Assembly: GCA_963804165.1 (NCBI GenBank)
Contig: CAWDPO010000003.1
Location: 224,001 to 288,000, forward strand
Direction: 5' to 3'
Length of the DNA: 64,000 nt
Source: an uncultured delta proteobacterium
Lineage (GTDB): Bacteria > Desulfobacterota > Binatia > UBA9968
Part shown: in pieces, positions 49,565 to 59,271 of the stretch
Numbering within the stretch: the stretch's first letter is position 1
Layout: each line of letters begins with the position of its first letter
Made by a program: the position numbers and the translations under genes
Notes under the pieces: model-generated
Database searches by the model: none
Told to the model about the DNA's origin: nothing
The model's input: only the letters and a program-made list of their open reading frames with translations

Positions 49565-51388
49565 TTGATAACTTGGTTGTTGCAGCAGTGGCAGAAAGTT
49601 CGCAACGCTCTGGTTCATACACCGCAGGCCTTGCGACTCGTTTGGCAGGCGAATCCTGTGGCGACCGTGGGGCTGGGCTTTCTGACGGTAGGCGGAGCAC
49701 TATTGCCGGCGACTCAAGCGTGGGTCGGCAAGCTGATCGTCGATGGCGTCGTCGCTTCGATGCAGCGGGGTAATGACCCCGATCAGGTGCGGACGGTATT
49801 CTATTACCTGATCCTCGAACTCATCCTGTTTTTGCTCAGCACCGGCATCAATCACGCGCGCCGGCTGATCCAGCAGCTCATTCAGCTCCAGCTTGCCAAT
49901 CAGATCCGCAGCGAGATCATTCGCAAAGCGCTCACTTTGGACTTGGCTTTTTTCGAGCACCCTGATTATTACGACCGCTTGCAGAACGCGCGCCGCGAGG
50001 GCGGCTACAAACCAATGGAGCTGATCAACGACACGTTTCAAATCGCCCAGAACATGATCACCTTAATTTCTTTCGCCGCGCTGATGCTGCGCTTTAGCCC
50101 TTGGCTGGTGTTGATACTCTTGGTGACGAGCATCCCCTCGTTCATCGCCGAAACGCGTTTTTCGGAGCAAGGTTTCCGCCTGCTCACCCGGCGCGCGCCG
50201 GAAACGCGGCAGATCAATTATCTTTCCCGGCTGTTGACCGAAGATACCGCGGCCAAGGAGATCAAGCTATTCAATCTGGGCAGCACCTTGCTGGCGCGAT
50301 ACAAAAGTCTGTTCGACAAGTTTTTCCAGGAGGACAAATCGCTTGCGGTCCGGCGCGCGCTGGTGGGCTTCAGTTTGGGACTGGTCGCGACCCTGGGATT
50401 TTACGGTTCCTACGCGTGGATCGTCTGGCGCACCGTTCAGGGGATGATTTCACTCGGCGACATGACCCTCTATCTGACCATCTTTCGCCAGGGGCAATCG
50501 ACGTTTCAGTCCATTCTCGCCGGCGTCGGCAACATCTACGAAAATAATCTCTTCATGGCCCACTATTTTGAATTTCTCGAGCTAAAACCGCAGATGCAAA
50601 TCGCGGCACCGCGCAAAAAACTGACGGCGTCGCTCACCCGCGGCATCGAATTTCGCGGCGTCGGCTTTCGCTATCCGGAGAGCGATGAATGGGTTTTACG
50701 CGGTATCGATTTGAAGATCCTTCCCGGCGAGAAGATCGCGCTCGTGGGACATAATGGCGCGGGCAAGACGACTTTGATCAAGCTCTTGAGCCGGCTCTAC
50801 GATCCCACCGAGGGGACGATCTTGATCGATGGCGGCGATATTCGCGAGCTCGATCCACTCGAACTCAGACAAAAGATCGGCGTGATATTTCAAGATTTCG
50901 TGCGCTATCACTTGCCGGTCAGCGAAAATATCGGTTTCGGTCAGATCGAAGCGGTCGACCGCATGGATAAGATCGTCGACTCGGCGCGCAAGAGCGGCGC
51001 CGATACGATTATCGAAAATCTACCGCAAGGGTATCAAACCATGCTCGGCCGCTGGTTTCACGGCGGCCATGAGCTGTCCCTCGGCCAATGGCAGCGGGTA
51101 GCGCTGGCGCGAGCTTTCATGCGCGATGCGGAAATTCTCGTCTTGGACGAGCCGACCGCTTCACTGGACGCTCAGACCGAGTACGACATCTTCCAACATT
51201 TCAAGGAGCTCACCGATGGGAAAATGGCGATTTTGATATCGCATCGATTTTCCACCGTGCGCATGGCCGATCGCATCGTGGTGATCGAGGGAGGGCGGGT
51301 CGCCGAAATCGGCAGCCACGAGGAGCTGCTGCGCCGGGAAGGTATCTATGCCCGGCTATTCAGCATGCAGGCCGAAGGCTACCGTTAA
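49565..51388 (+). CDS. ABC exporter, fused permease and ATPase
   Basis: TM domain; AKEIKLF; GHNGAGKTT; LSLGQWQRVALAR; LDEPT; ISHRFSTV; TTG start after GGAGG. Confidence 0.92.
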   Translation: MITWLLQQWQKVRNALVHTPQALRLVWQANPVATVGLGFLTVGGALLPATQAWVGKLIVDGVVASMQRGNDPDQVRTVFYYLILELILFLLSTGINHARRLIQQLIQLQLANQIRSEIIRKALTLDLAFFEHPDYYDRLQNARREGGYKPMELINDTFQIAQNMITLISFAALMLRFSPWLVLILLVTSIPSFIAETRFSEQGFRLLTRRAPETRQINYLSRLLTEDTAAKEIKLFNLGSTLLARYKSLFDKFFQEDKSLAVRRALVGFSLGLVATLGFYGSYAWIVWRTVQGMISLGDMTLYLTIFRQGQSTFQSILAGVGNIYENNLFMAHYFEFLELKPQMQIAAPRKKLTASLTRGIEFRGVGFRYPESDEWVLRGIDLKILPGEKIALVGHNGAGKTTLIKLLSRLYDPTEGTILIDGGDIRELDPLELRQKIGVIFQDFVRYHLPVSENIGFGQIEAVDRMDKIVDSARKSGADTIIENLPQGYQTMLGRWFHGGHELSLGQWQRVALARAFMRDAEILVLDEPTASLDAQTEYDIFQHFKELTDGKMAILISHRFSTVRMADRIVVIEGGRVAEIGSHEELLRREGIYARLFSMQAEGYR

Positions 51389-51547
51389 ACGAATTTCGGG
51401 GAGTAGAATTGCTGCAGCCGGAACTTGCGAGCTGGAAGAATCTCTGCAAGAAGTATCGTTCCGAAGGGCGGAGTTCAAGTCGTTCAAGCCGATGAAGTCA
51501 GCACAAGCTTGGCAAGCGATCACCGATCTCAAAACGAGGGGCAGCGC

Positions 51548-52531
51548 ATGAGTCGTTATCTGAACTATCTATCGTTGACTTTCTGGCTTCTGATGGGTTC
51601 GAGCTCAGCGCTTTGGAGCGCGGAGACATTTCGCGTCGGATTTCCCTCGTTGGCCACGGGCTTCGCGCCCTCGTGGGTGGCGGCGGATAAAGGGATCTGG
51701 AAAAAACACGGCCTCGACGTTGAATTGATTTTTCTGCGCGGCGGCTCGCGCACGGTTTCCGCCCTGATCGCCGGCAGTGTCGACTTTATCATCGGCTCGG
51801 ACCTCGGCGTGACAACCGCGATCCTTCAGGGTGCGAGTCTCACGCGAGTCGGCGTGACGACCAACACCCTGGGATATTCCCTGGTCACGCAACCGAGCAT
51901 CAAGACAATCCGCGATCTCAAGGGAAAAATTGTCGGCATTACGCCGGGGCGCGACGCCGCCTATGCCCGGGTGGTAAAGCTGCTGCGTGACAACGGCATG
52001 GACAGTAGCAAGGACGTGACCTTCCTTTCGGTGGGCGATGGCGGGCCGGCGGCGCGGGTGGCGGCGCTTTCGACCGGGGTGATCCACGCGACGATGTTTA
52101 CGCCGCCCTCGGATATGATCTCGGAGAAAGCGGGTATGCGCATCCTCGCGAAGATCGACGTGGCCAACGTCGGCGGCGGGTTAAACACGTCCACTGCCGT
52201 TTTGCAAAAGAGCCGACCGCAGGTGGTGCGCTTTCTGCGCGGTTACATGGAAGGGATTCAGTATCTAAAATCGCACAAAGACGAGAGTTTAAAAATATTT
52301 TCCAAGTACGTGCGCAATCCCGACCTGGGAATCATGGCGTATCTTTACGAAGAGATCTCGACCCGCGTTGACCGCGGTTTACGGCCGCATTCAGATGCGG
52401 TTCGCGCTTTGCTGGAATTGGCTGCGTTGGATTTTCCCCAAGCGAAGCGTTTGACCGAAACGGATAACTGGGATCTTAGCCTGATCGACGAGATTCAGAA
52501 ATCCGGCTTCCTCGATCAACTTTACAAATAA
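51548..52531 (+). CDS. NMT1/THI5-like substrate-binding protein
   Basis: Signal peptide, WKKHGLDVELI, ALIAGSVD, DLKGKIVG, IQKSGFLDQLYK. Confidence 0.9.
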   Translation: MSRYLNYLSLTFWLLMGSSSALWSAETFRVGFPSLATGFAPSWVAADKGIWKKHGLDVELIFLRGGSRTVSALIAGSVDFIIGSDLGVTTAILQGASLTRVGVTTNTLGYSLVTQPSIKTIRDLKGKIVGITPGRDAAYARVVKLLRDNGMDSSKDVTFLSVGDGGPAARVAALSTGVIHATMFTPPSDMISEKAGMRILAKIDVANVGGGLNTSTAVLQKSRPQVVRFLRGYMEGIQYLKSHKDESLKIFSKYVRNPDLGIMAYLYEEISTRVDRGLRPHSDAVRALLELAALDFPQAKRLTETDNWDLSLIDEIQKSGFLDQLYK

Positions 52532-52656
52532 GCGCAACCTACCGTTTGGATCAATCAGCGGGCAAGCAGAAGTATGACCGGGCTCAATAATTGAGCCAGC
52601 GCGATCGCCTTGCTCCACGTCGAGATCGCTCTGTGCCGATTTGGATCTTGGAAGCC

Positions 52657-52782
52657 CTACTGCTCCATCGGCTCCTTTGACGAAGACCCGCCGCCACCCT
52701 GTTGAGCTACCTCGGGACATCCGGCCATCGTTAACAGCGAGAGCAGCAGGACAGCGCTAAAAATTTTCTTGACGATCGTCAT
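52657..52782 (-). CDS. Small lipoprotein (41 aa), absent from the ORF track
   Basis: AGGAGG RBS; MTIVKKIFSAVLLLSLLTMAG-CPEVAQQGGGGSSSKEPMEQ* with a lipobox. Confidence 0.75.
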   Translation of the reverse strand: MTIVKKIFSAVLLLSLLTMAGCPEVAQQGGGGSSSKEPMEQ

Positions 52783-52842
52783 TCTTTGCCTCCTAGTATC
52801 GTTGTCGGACATGTTGATTCGCATGGCCGCTGCTGGCGGTAC

Positions 52843-52858
52843 CGCAATTGCGATGCCA
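52843..52858 (-). promoter_or_regulatory. Sigma54 -24/-12 promoter of the small lipoprotein gene
   Basis: Minus strand TGGCATCGCAATTGCG (GG-N10-GC); repeated CTGTTGCA sites at 52921 and 52999 are candidate activator sites. Confidence 0.75.
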
Positions 52859-53163
52859 CGAGTGGAGCGAGGTGGATCATTGAGAATTCAATGAGATACA
52901 AAGGCAGAATTGTTTTCTCGCTGTTGCAAGTTACCACATGAAAGTCATTCACGCGTGTCGCGCCAAAGAAACTACCGAGTTCTCTGGAGCTTAGAAAGCT
53001 GTTGCATAAAACGACGTGCCGATGCGAAATGCCCCGCCGCAATCGATAGACGTTTGACTTTGTGTTGGTGATCGCGAAATGCTAATGCGGAGATTGAGGT
53101 GAATGTGCGGTGGATAATTTCCCAGTCCGCTAGGAACTGCTCGCTCTCTGGAGGCGCGCGTCA

Positions 53164-54546
53164 ATGAGTAATGTGCCGGAGCGAAATTCGCGGCCGCGAA
53201 TCCTCGTCGTCGATGACGATCGCGACATGTGCCATTTTCTCACGGATATATTGACTGAAGAGGGGTATGACGTCGAGGCCGCCCACGACGGCGAGTCGGC
53301 GATTCAAAGATATCAGGCCGGGGCATTTGCCTTGACGATCACAGATCTGATGATGCCGAAAATGAAAGGCATCGACCTGGTCAAGCGCCTACGCGAGATC
53401 GATAACGGCGCCCTGGTGCTGCTCATTACTGCATTTGGCACGATTGAAAGCGCGGTGGAGGCGATGGCCGCGGGGGCGTTTCACTACGTGACGAAGCCGT
53501 TTCACACCGATGAGATACTTATCCAGGTCAAACGCGCGCTCGAACAAAAATATCTCCGTGACGAAGTCAAAAGGCTGCGCACCGAAGTCCAGGCGCGCGA
53601 GCGCTTCCAACATATCATCGGCCGAAGTACGGCGATGCAACGGGTATTTGAAGTCATCGCGCAGGTGAGCGACTTGCCGGCCAATATTTTGATCGAAGGT
53701 GAAAGCGGCACCGGCAAAGAGCTGATCGCGCGCGCGATTCATTTCAACAGCGCAAGAGCGGCCGGGCCGTTCGTGGCGCTGAATTGCGCGGCCATTCCCG
53801 AGACTTTGCTCGAGAGCGAATTGTTCGGCTACGTGCGCGGTGCGTTCACCGATGCGCGCAAGGACCGGCGGGGCCTCTTTCATGAGGCGGCGGGCGGAAC
53901 ATTGTTTCTAGACGAGATCGGTGAAATTCCGTTAACCCTGCAGGCGAAGTTGTTGCGGGTTTTGGAAGACAAAGAGATACGCCCGCTGGGGGGCAATCAA
54001 AGCGAGAAGGTCGATGCCCGCGTGCTGTCGGCTTGCAATCGCAGTCTGGAAGAACTCGCGCGCGATGGCAAATTTCGCCAGGATCTTTTTTATCGACTCA
54101 ACGTCATTCGCATCGAACTGCCGGCGCTGCGCCATAGGCGCGAAGATATACCGCTGCTCGTCAATCATTTCATGGAAAGATTCGCCATGAGCGTCCACCG
54201 CAGTGTCGAAGGCGTCGCGCCGGACGCCCTGGCCGCTTTGACCGGTTACGACTGGCCGGGAAATATCCGCGAGCTTGAGCACACGATCGAGCGCGCCGTG
54301 ATTCTCGGTAAGGGAACGATGATCGGGACGGAAGACTTGCCGGTTCACGTAGCCGCTCGCGCCGAGCAGGAAATCGACCTGGGTCAAGCGGTCGCTAATC
54401 AGGTCACCCTGCGCGATCTCGAACGGGAGTACATCGCAAAAGTTTTACATTCCACCCACGGCAACAAAACGGAAGCGGCGCGGATCCTGGGAGTGGACCG
54501 GACAACGCTGTATCGCAAATTGGAAGAATTCAAATTCAAGGACTAG
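53164..54546 (+). CDS. Sigma54-dependent response regulator (NtrC/ZraR family)
   Basis: Receiver DDD..D..MP..TKP; GESGTGKE; GAFTDA; WPGNIREL; GNKTEAARILGVDRTTLYRKL. Confidence 0.95.
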   Translation: MSNVPERNSRPRILVVDDDRDMCHFLTDILTEEGYDVEAAHDGESAIQRYQAGAFALTITDLMMPKMKGIDLVKRLREIDNGALVLLITAFGTIESAVEAMAAGAFHYVTKPFHTDEILIQVKRALEQKYLRDEVKRLRTEVQARERFQHIIGRSTAMQRVFEVIAQVSDLPANILIEGESGTGKELIARAIHFNSARAAGPFVALNCAAIPETLLESELFGYVRGAFTDARKDRRGLFHEAAGGTLFLDEIGEIPLTLQAKLLRVLEDKEIRPLGGNQSEKVDARVLSACNRSLEELARDGKFRQDLFYRLNVIRIELPALRHRREDIPLLVNHFMERFAMSVHRSVEGVAPDALAALTGYDWPGNIRELEHTIERAVILGKGTMIGTEDLPVHVAARAEQEIDLGQAVANQVTLRDLEREYIAKVLHSTHGNKTEAARILGVDRTTLYRKLEEFKFKD

Positions 54547-54680
54547 CCGGATCTGGTCGGCGTCGCACGAGGATAGTCAGCAGGGTGCGCGGAAACACAT
54601 TCGTGCGCCGGTGATTCTCGATCGCGGCGTGCCGAATTTGCCGATGAGATCGCTCGGAGTCTTGCACCCAGGCTTACGTA

Positions 54681-55814
54681 TTAGCCTAGCGCGCCGATCT
54701 CGGCCATGCTTGCGTCGAAGGTGATCTTTTCGTTGTCCGCGGGTTGGCGGAGGATCCAAAAAGGATCTTTGCCTTGGCGCACCGCATCGATGGATTCCTT
54801 AATTGTGTTTCGCAGCAGGATGACGCCTTGGTCGGAGGCGCCGAGATGTTCCTTGCTGCGATCGTAGATATCGCCCTGGCTTTCCTGGGCGACGCGGTCT
54901 TGATCGTGCGACGCGATGCCCCACCAGCCGTCGTCGACCCGCGTATAAACTCCCGGCTTATCGTCTTCGAAACCGACGGTTTTCTGAATTAACTCTTTGC
55001 CGCGACTGGCCTCATCGTTCGGCGTGAAGCGCAGCCAAAATGTCGTAGTCCTGGTATCGTCCGTCGGCACGCGGAAGCGGATGGCATGATCGGGGATGCG
55101 TCCTTTGCGCGCGGTGGTATGGCGCGTATGCGAAGGAAATATCCAGTGGGAGTGCTTGGGTTTGGACACATCCGGCACGTGCATGGTGATCTTTGCGCCA
55201 TAGATGGTTTTTTGCCAGCCGATTTCCGGACGCTTCAAAGCCATGTGCGGGTACTCCGGCGCATGGAGAGCCACGAGATGAGTCTGGTCGACGGAATTCT
55301 CCGCGCGCTGGAGCCAATTGCAATATTCCGTGCCGGCGCCGATGACGCGCTCGCCGCTATCGGTGAAAAACAAATCATAACGCGGCAACAAAGGCGCCGG
55401 ATCGGGGCCGATGTAGGCGAAGATAAAACCGGCGATCTCCTGAGCTTTGTACGCCGGATGTTGGATGCGGTCTTTGAAGGTGCTGTCGGCGGGCTCGGCG
55501 GGTTGTTCCAAGCAGCGACCGTTCACATCGTAGAGCCAGCCGTGATAGCAGCAACGAATTCCCTGATCTTCGACTCGGCCGAATTCCAGCGACGTGCCGC
55601 GGTGCGAGCAATGTAACTCAACAAGCCCGAGCCGCCCGCCGCCGTCGCGGAAGAGCACGAAGTCTTCTCCGAGCAAGCGCACTTTGGTCGGGCTGCCTTT
55701 TTCTTTGACAAGCTCGCTGAATCCAACCGGCCACCAGTATCGCCGGAGCATTTCTCCCGCGGGCGTGCCCGGTCCGACTCGGGTGATCAGCTCGTTTTCT
55801 TCTTTGGATAGCAT
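54681..55814 (-). CDS. Rieske non-heme iron oxygenase, alpha subunit
   Basis: CSHRG..CCYHGW; ENSVDQTHLVALH; QDRVAQESQG. Confidence 0.92.
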   Translation of the reverse strand: MLSKEENELITRVGPGTPAGEMLRRYWWPVGFSELVKEKGSPTKVRLLGEDFVLFRDGGGRLGLVELHCSHRGTSLEFGRVEDQGIRCCYHGWLYDVNGRCLEQPAEPADSTFKDRIQHPAYKAQEIAGFIFAYIGPDPAPLLPRYDLFFTDSGERVIGAGTEYCNWLQRAENSVDQTHLVALHAPEYPHMALKRPEIGWQKTIYGAKITMHVPDVSKPKHSHWIFPSHTRHTTARKGRIPDHAIRFRVPTDDTRTTTFWLRFTPNDEASRGKELIQKTVGFEDDKPGVYTRVDDGWWGIASHDQDRVAQESQGDIYDRSKEHLGASDQGVILLRNTIKESIDAVRQGKDPFWILRQPADNEKITFDASMAEIGALG

Positions 55815-55849
55815 TAGCGAAACCTCCGAAGTCGCTCGATAAAGTCACG

Positions 55850-55960
55850 GTTCCAATCGTTCAAGTGGTTCCAGTCGTTCCAAACGTTAAAACAATTCAG
55901 TTCGTTCAAGCCGTTCAAACAATTTGGCTCGTTCAAAAGTTCAAGGTTCAATCGTTCAAA
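55850..55960. repeat. Long degenerate GTTCAA/GTTCCA tandem array
   Basis: About a dozen 7-9 nt units: GTTCCAATC GTTCAAGTG GTTCCAGTC GTTCCAAAC ... GTTCAAAA GTTCAAG GTTCAATC GTTCAAA. Confidence 0.85.
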
Positions 55961-55980
55961 GTCAGTCGCGAAACTAAGGC

Positions 55981-57072
55981 TCACGAGCCCTTTAGGATCT
56001 TCGCCAACTCTTCTTTGAACTGCAGGCCTTCGGCGTCTTCGGTCTTGAGGTAATAACTGATCGACAGCTTAGGCTCCTGAACTGCGACTTTGTTCTCTTT
56101 GAGATATTTCTGCATGATTGTTCCCTCGACCATGTGCGAGCTGCGCGACTCGTGTTTCTGCAGGACGGCTTGCGCCTCTCTGGTGGTCATGAAGGCGACG
56201 AAGAGCTTCGCCAAATTTGGATGGACGGTGTTCTTCGGCACGCTCAATTGAAAATAGTCGGTGTTGACCGGTGTCACGCCGGGCACGGCGACGAGCGGCG
56301 CGCCTTTGGGCTGCCATGACCACATAGCGCTCAACGCATCGCCGAAGTTGGCCATGATGGGAAATTCGCCGCTGACGACGCGCTCCTCTTCGCTGTAGCG
56401 CAAGCGCCCGCCGCTGATGGCGACGAGCTTGCGCGCGTAGTCTTTGACTTTCTCCTGACCCCAAACGAGGGAGAGTTCAGCGAGCCATGCGACGTAGGGC
56501 GGAATGGCGATCTTGCCCGTCCAGGTCGAACTCAACTTCGGATCGATCAAGTCGGCATAGTTCTTCGGCGCCTTGTCTTTGGAAATCAAATCCTTGTTGT
56601 AGACGATGCCATTTGGCGACGTGTAAGTCAGGACCGTTTCAGCGGGAAATATTTCCATGTCCTTCGCCACCCAGGAAAAAATCCCCGAGTAGTTGACTTT
56701 CTCCAGGGCATTTTCTTTGTGCAGCAGCGCCTGATGGGACTGGGATCCGAGAAAAATATCCGACGAGACTTTCCGTCCTGATTTGATTTCCGTGATATGC
56801 CGCGCGGCGCGCGCGTTCATATCCGGTCCCGCGGCGAAACTGATTTTCATCGTGAGCCCGTAGCGCTTATTAAACGCGCCTTCGAGGTCCGCGAGGCCTT
56901 TGCGGCCGCCGAAAGTCTGGGCGCCGGCGATGAAAACGAGCTCGTCTTCTTTTTTGGCGGCGGCGATCAGCGATTCGACGGTATCGGCGGCGTATAGCTG
57001 CGACGCGGCAAAAAGTACCGACGCGAGCAGCGGCAGGCTGAATTGCGATGCCTTATTCACGAACCGTTTCAT
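55981..57072 (-). CDS. ABC substrate-binding protein (AfuA/thiamine-like cluster)
   Basis: Signal peptide, LIAAAKKE, AFNKRYG, YNKDLI..PKNYADLIDPK, HPNLAKLF..EAQ. Confidence 0.85.
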   Translation of the reverse strand: MKRFVNKASQFSLPLLASVLFAASQLYAADTVESLIAAAKKEDELVFIAGAQTFGGRKGLADLEGAFNKRYGLTMKISFAAGPDMNARAARHITEIKSGRKVSSDIFLGSQSHQALLHKENALEKVNYSGIFSWVAKDMEIFPAETVLTYTSPNGIVYNKDLISKDKAPKNYADLIDPKLSSTWTGKIAIPPYVAWLAELSLVWGQEKVKDYARKLVAISGGRLRYSEEERVVSGEFPIMANFGDALSAMWSWQPKGAPLVAVPGVTPVNTDYFQLSVPKNTVHPNLAKLFVAFMTTREAQAVLQKHESRSSHMVEGTIMQKYLKENKVAVQEPKLSISYYLKTEDAEGLQFKEELAKILKGS

Positions 57073-57084
57073 AGTCACCCCCGG

Positions 57085-58240
57085 TCAGCTTAACTGAAAT
57101 TCACCCGGCACCGGGGCCAGAAGCTTATTTTTCACCGGATCGCGGATGATTCCGACGGGATCTTGGCCGCGTTGCACCGCTTCGATGCATTGCTTGAACA
57201 TGCGGCGCAGCATGATAACGCCTTCATCCGAGACGCCGAGGTGCTCGCCGCTGCGGTCGAAGACCGGTCCTTGGCTTTCCTGAGCACAGCGGTCCTGATC
57301 GCCGCGCGCGATCCAGCCGGTTTCTTCGTCCCAGCGATATTTGCCCGGTGTACTGTCGCCTAAACCCTGCGCCGATTGGTCCTTTGGGAACTTGCCCGAC
57401 ACTTTGCCGTTGACCATGGGCCCGAAATACAGAGTAAAGTGCATCGTGTTCGTGTCGTCGATCGGGGACGCGCCAGCGCAGCGCTTCGTACCCTTCGTGG
57501 GTCGCCGCGAAAGCCGCGGGATGATCTTCGTTCAAGTGATAGCCGACTTTGTTCATGTTCGGCATTAAAAAATGGCTTACCGTCATGAACGTACCGTCGG
57601 GCACGGTTCGGGTGAAAGTGTCGCGGATGCCGAACTCGGTGATTTCGGAAGTGAGCTTCTCGTCAGTCCAGAAGCGAGTTTTGGGCGTCCGGTGGAGCCA
57701 CTTAAAATGGTGCTGGTCAACGCTGTTTTCGACGGTCTGTAGATAATTGCAGTGAATGACCCGCGCGGCCAGCGAGCGCGCGCCGTCTTCGCGAACCAGC
57801 ACATCCCAGCGCGGCAACAGCGGCGCGGGCTCCGGTCCGATATAAGCGAAAATGATTCCAGCAGCTTCTTGAGCCTTGTAAGCTTTTTGACGAATGCGAT
57901 CTTTAAACGTGCTGTCCGGCGGTTCGCCGGGCATCTGGAGAACTTTGCCGTCGACGTCGTAGAGCCAGCCGTGATAACAGCAGCGAATGCCGCCGTCCTC
58001 GACATGGCCGAATTCCAGCGACGTGCCGCGATGCGAGCAGCGCAGGGTGAGGAGTCCGACCCGGCCTTGGTCGTCGCGAAAGACCACCAGATCCTCGCCG
58101 AGCAAGCGCCGCCGCAGCGGCCGGCCTTTGAGCTCCGCGCTCAGGCCGATGGGGTGCCAGTAGCGACGCATCATTTCGCCGCAGGGAGTGCCCGGAGCCA
58201 CGTGAGTGATCAATTCATTTTCTTCAACAGTGAGAGCCAT
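57085..58240 (-). CDS. Rieske non-heme iron oxygenase, alpha subunit, one frameshift near 57468
   Basis: CSHRG..CCYHGW; ENSVDQHHFKWLH; C-terminal QDRCAQESQG in 57085..57444. Confidence 0.9.
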
Positions 58241-58378
58241 AGTAATTCTCCTGCGTAAAATCGACCGGAAGTCTAACGGAGATATATTCGAGACAGAAAC
58301 GTGTCAACGCGCACTCGCAAATCCAAAGGCTCTCGCTTCGTTCGAAATGGCATGAGCCGTACCGACGTTGCCATCGTC

Positions 58379-58411
58379 CGTCATTCCCGCATGTATTTAG
58401 CGGGAATCCAG
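58379..58411 (+). repeat. GTCATT-type REP-like hairpin
   Basis: CGTCATTCCCGC-ATGTATTTA-GCGGGAATCCAG. Confidence 0.7.
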
Positions 58412-58482
58412 ACGAACGTCTCAGTGTTTGTCACCAATGGATCAGACTGACCATTGAGCAGACGATTCACATGTCAACTTAT

Positions 58483-59244
58483 TTATCGGATTCCCTTTCG
58501 CTCTAAAAACGCTTTGAACCCTTCGCGCGGCGAATTGGCTTTTAGTTTTCCTTTGCGCGCGTTTTGTTCGGCATCGAAACGCTCGCGCCACGCCATGCCG
58601 ATGTCGTCATTGAGCAAACGTTTGATGCCTTGGACCATGCGCGGATCGTTTTCGCTGATCTGTTTGGCCATTTCGATCGCAGCATCGCGCAGCCGCGCGC
58701 ATGGCACAACTTGGTTGAGCAAGCCGATACGTTCGGCTTCGTCGGCCTTGATCGGCCGGCCGGTGTAGAGCAGCTCCTTGGCTTTGGGCATGCCGACGAC
58801 CAGCGGCAATGACCACGTCGAGTTGGCGCGTCCGTATTTGGCCGCAAGGAATTGAATTTCCGCGTGCTCGCAGCCGATGCGGATGTCCAGCATGGTCGTC
58901 AACTGCGCGCCGGCGCCATACGCCAGGCCGTTGATCGCGCCGATGATCGGTTTTGTGAAAGTGGCAAGATGCCAATTGGCTTCGCGGCGGATGTCCGTTC
59001 GCGCGGCCATTTCTTCCGGCGTCGATTTCACCATTTGCATGATGTCGCCGCCGGCGGAAAAGGCGCGCGGCCCGGCGCCGGTGAGAATCACCACGCGCGC
59101 GTCATCGTCGTTTTCGATCTTGGTGAGTTCTTCGTCCAGCTCGCAGGCCAGCTCGTAGTTCATGGCGTTGAGTTTCTCAGGACGATTGAGCGTGATGATG
59201 GCGACTTTATCGACGCGCTCGGCGAGAATATTTTGGTAACTCAT
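58483..59244 (-). CDS. Crotonase/enoyl-CoA hydratase family protein
   Basis: LNRPEKLNA, AFSAGGDI, KPIIGAING, AKELLYTGR, EAERIGL. Confidence 0.9.
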   Translation of the reverse strand: MSYQNILAERVDKVAIITLNRPEKLNAMNYELACELDEELTKIENDDDARVVILTGAGPRAFSAGGDIMQMVKSTPEEMAARTDIRREANWHLATFTKPIIGAINGLAYGAGAQLTTMLDIRIGCEHAEIQFLAAKYGRANSTWSLPLVVGMPKAKELLYTGRPIKADEAERIGLLNQVVPCARLRDAAIEMAKQISENDPRMVQGIKRLLNDDIGMAWRERFDAEQNARKGKLKANSPREGFKAFLERKGIR

Positions 59245-59271
59245 ATGATTTCTCCTCTAGTCCACCGCGCA

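Noticed and set aside
55850-55960. Possible CRISPR array (GTTC-starting repeats)
   Set aside because: Units are 7-9 nt with no unique spacers, and no cas genes are present
1-58240. Frameshifts in about 10 genes read as programmed recoding or mass pseudogenisation
   Set aside because: They are scattered single indels in otherwise intact genes with no premature stops or shared slippery motif, which fits long-read consensus errors better
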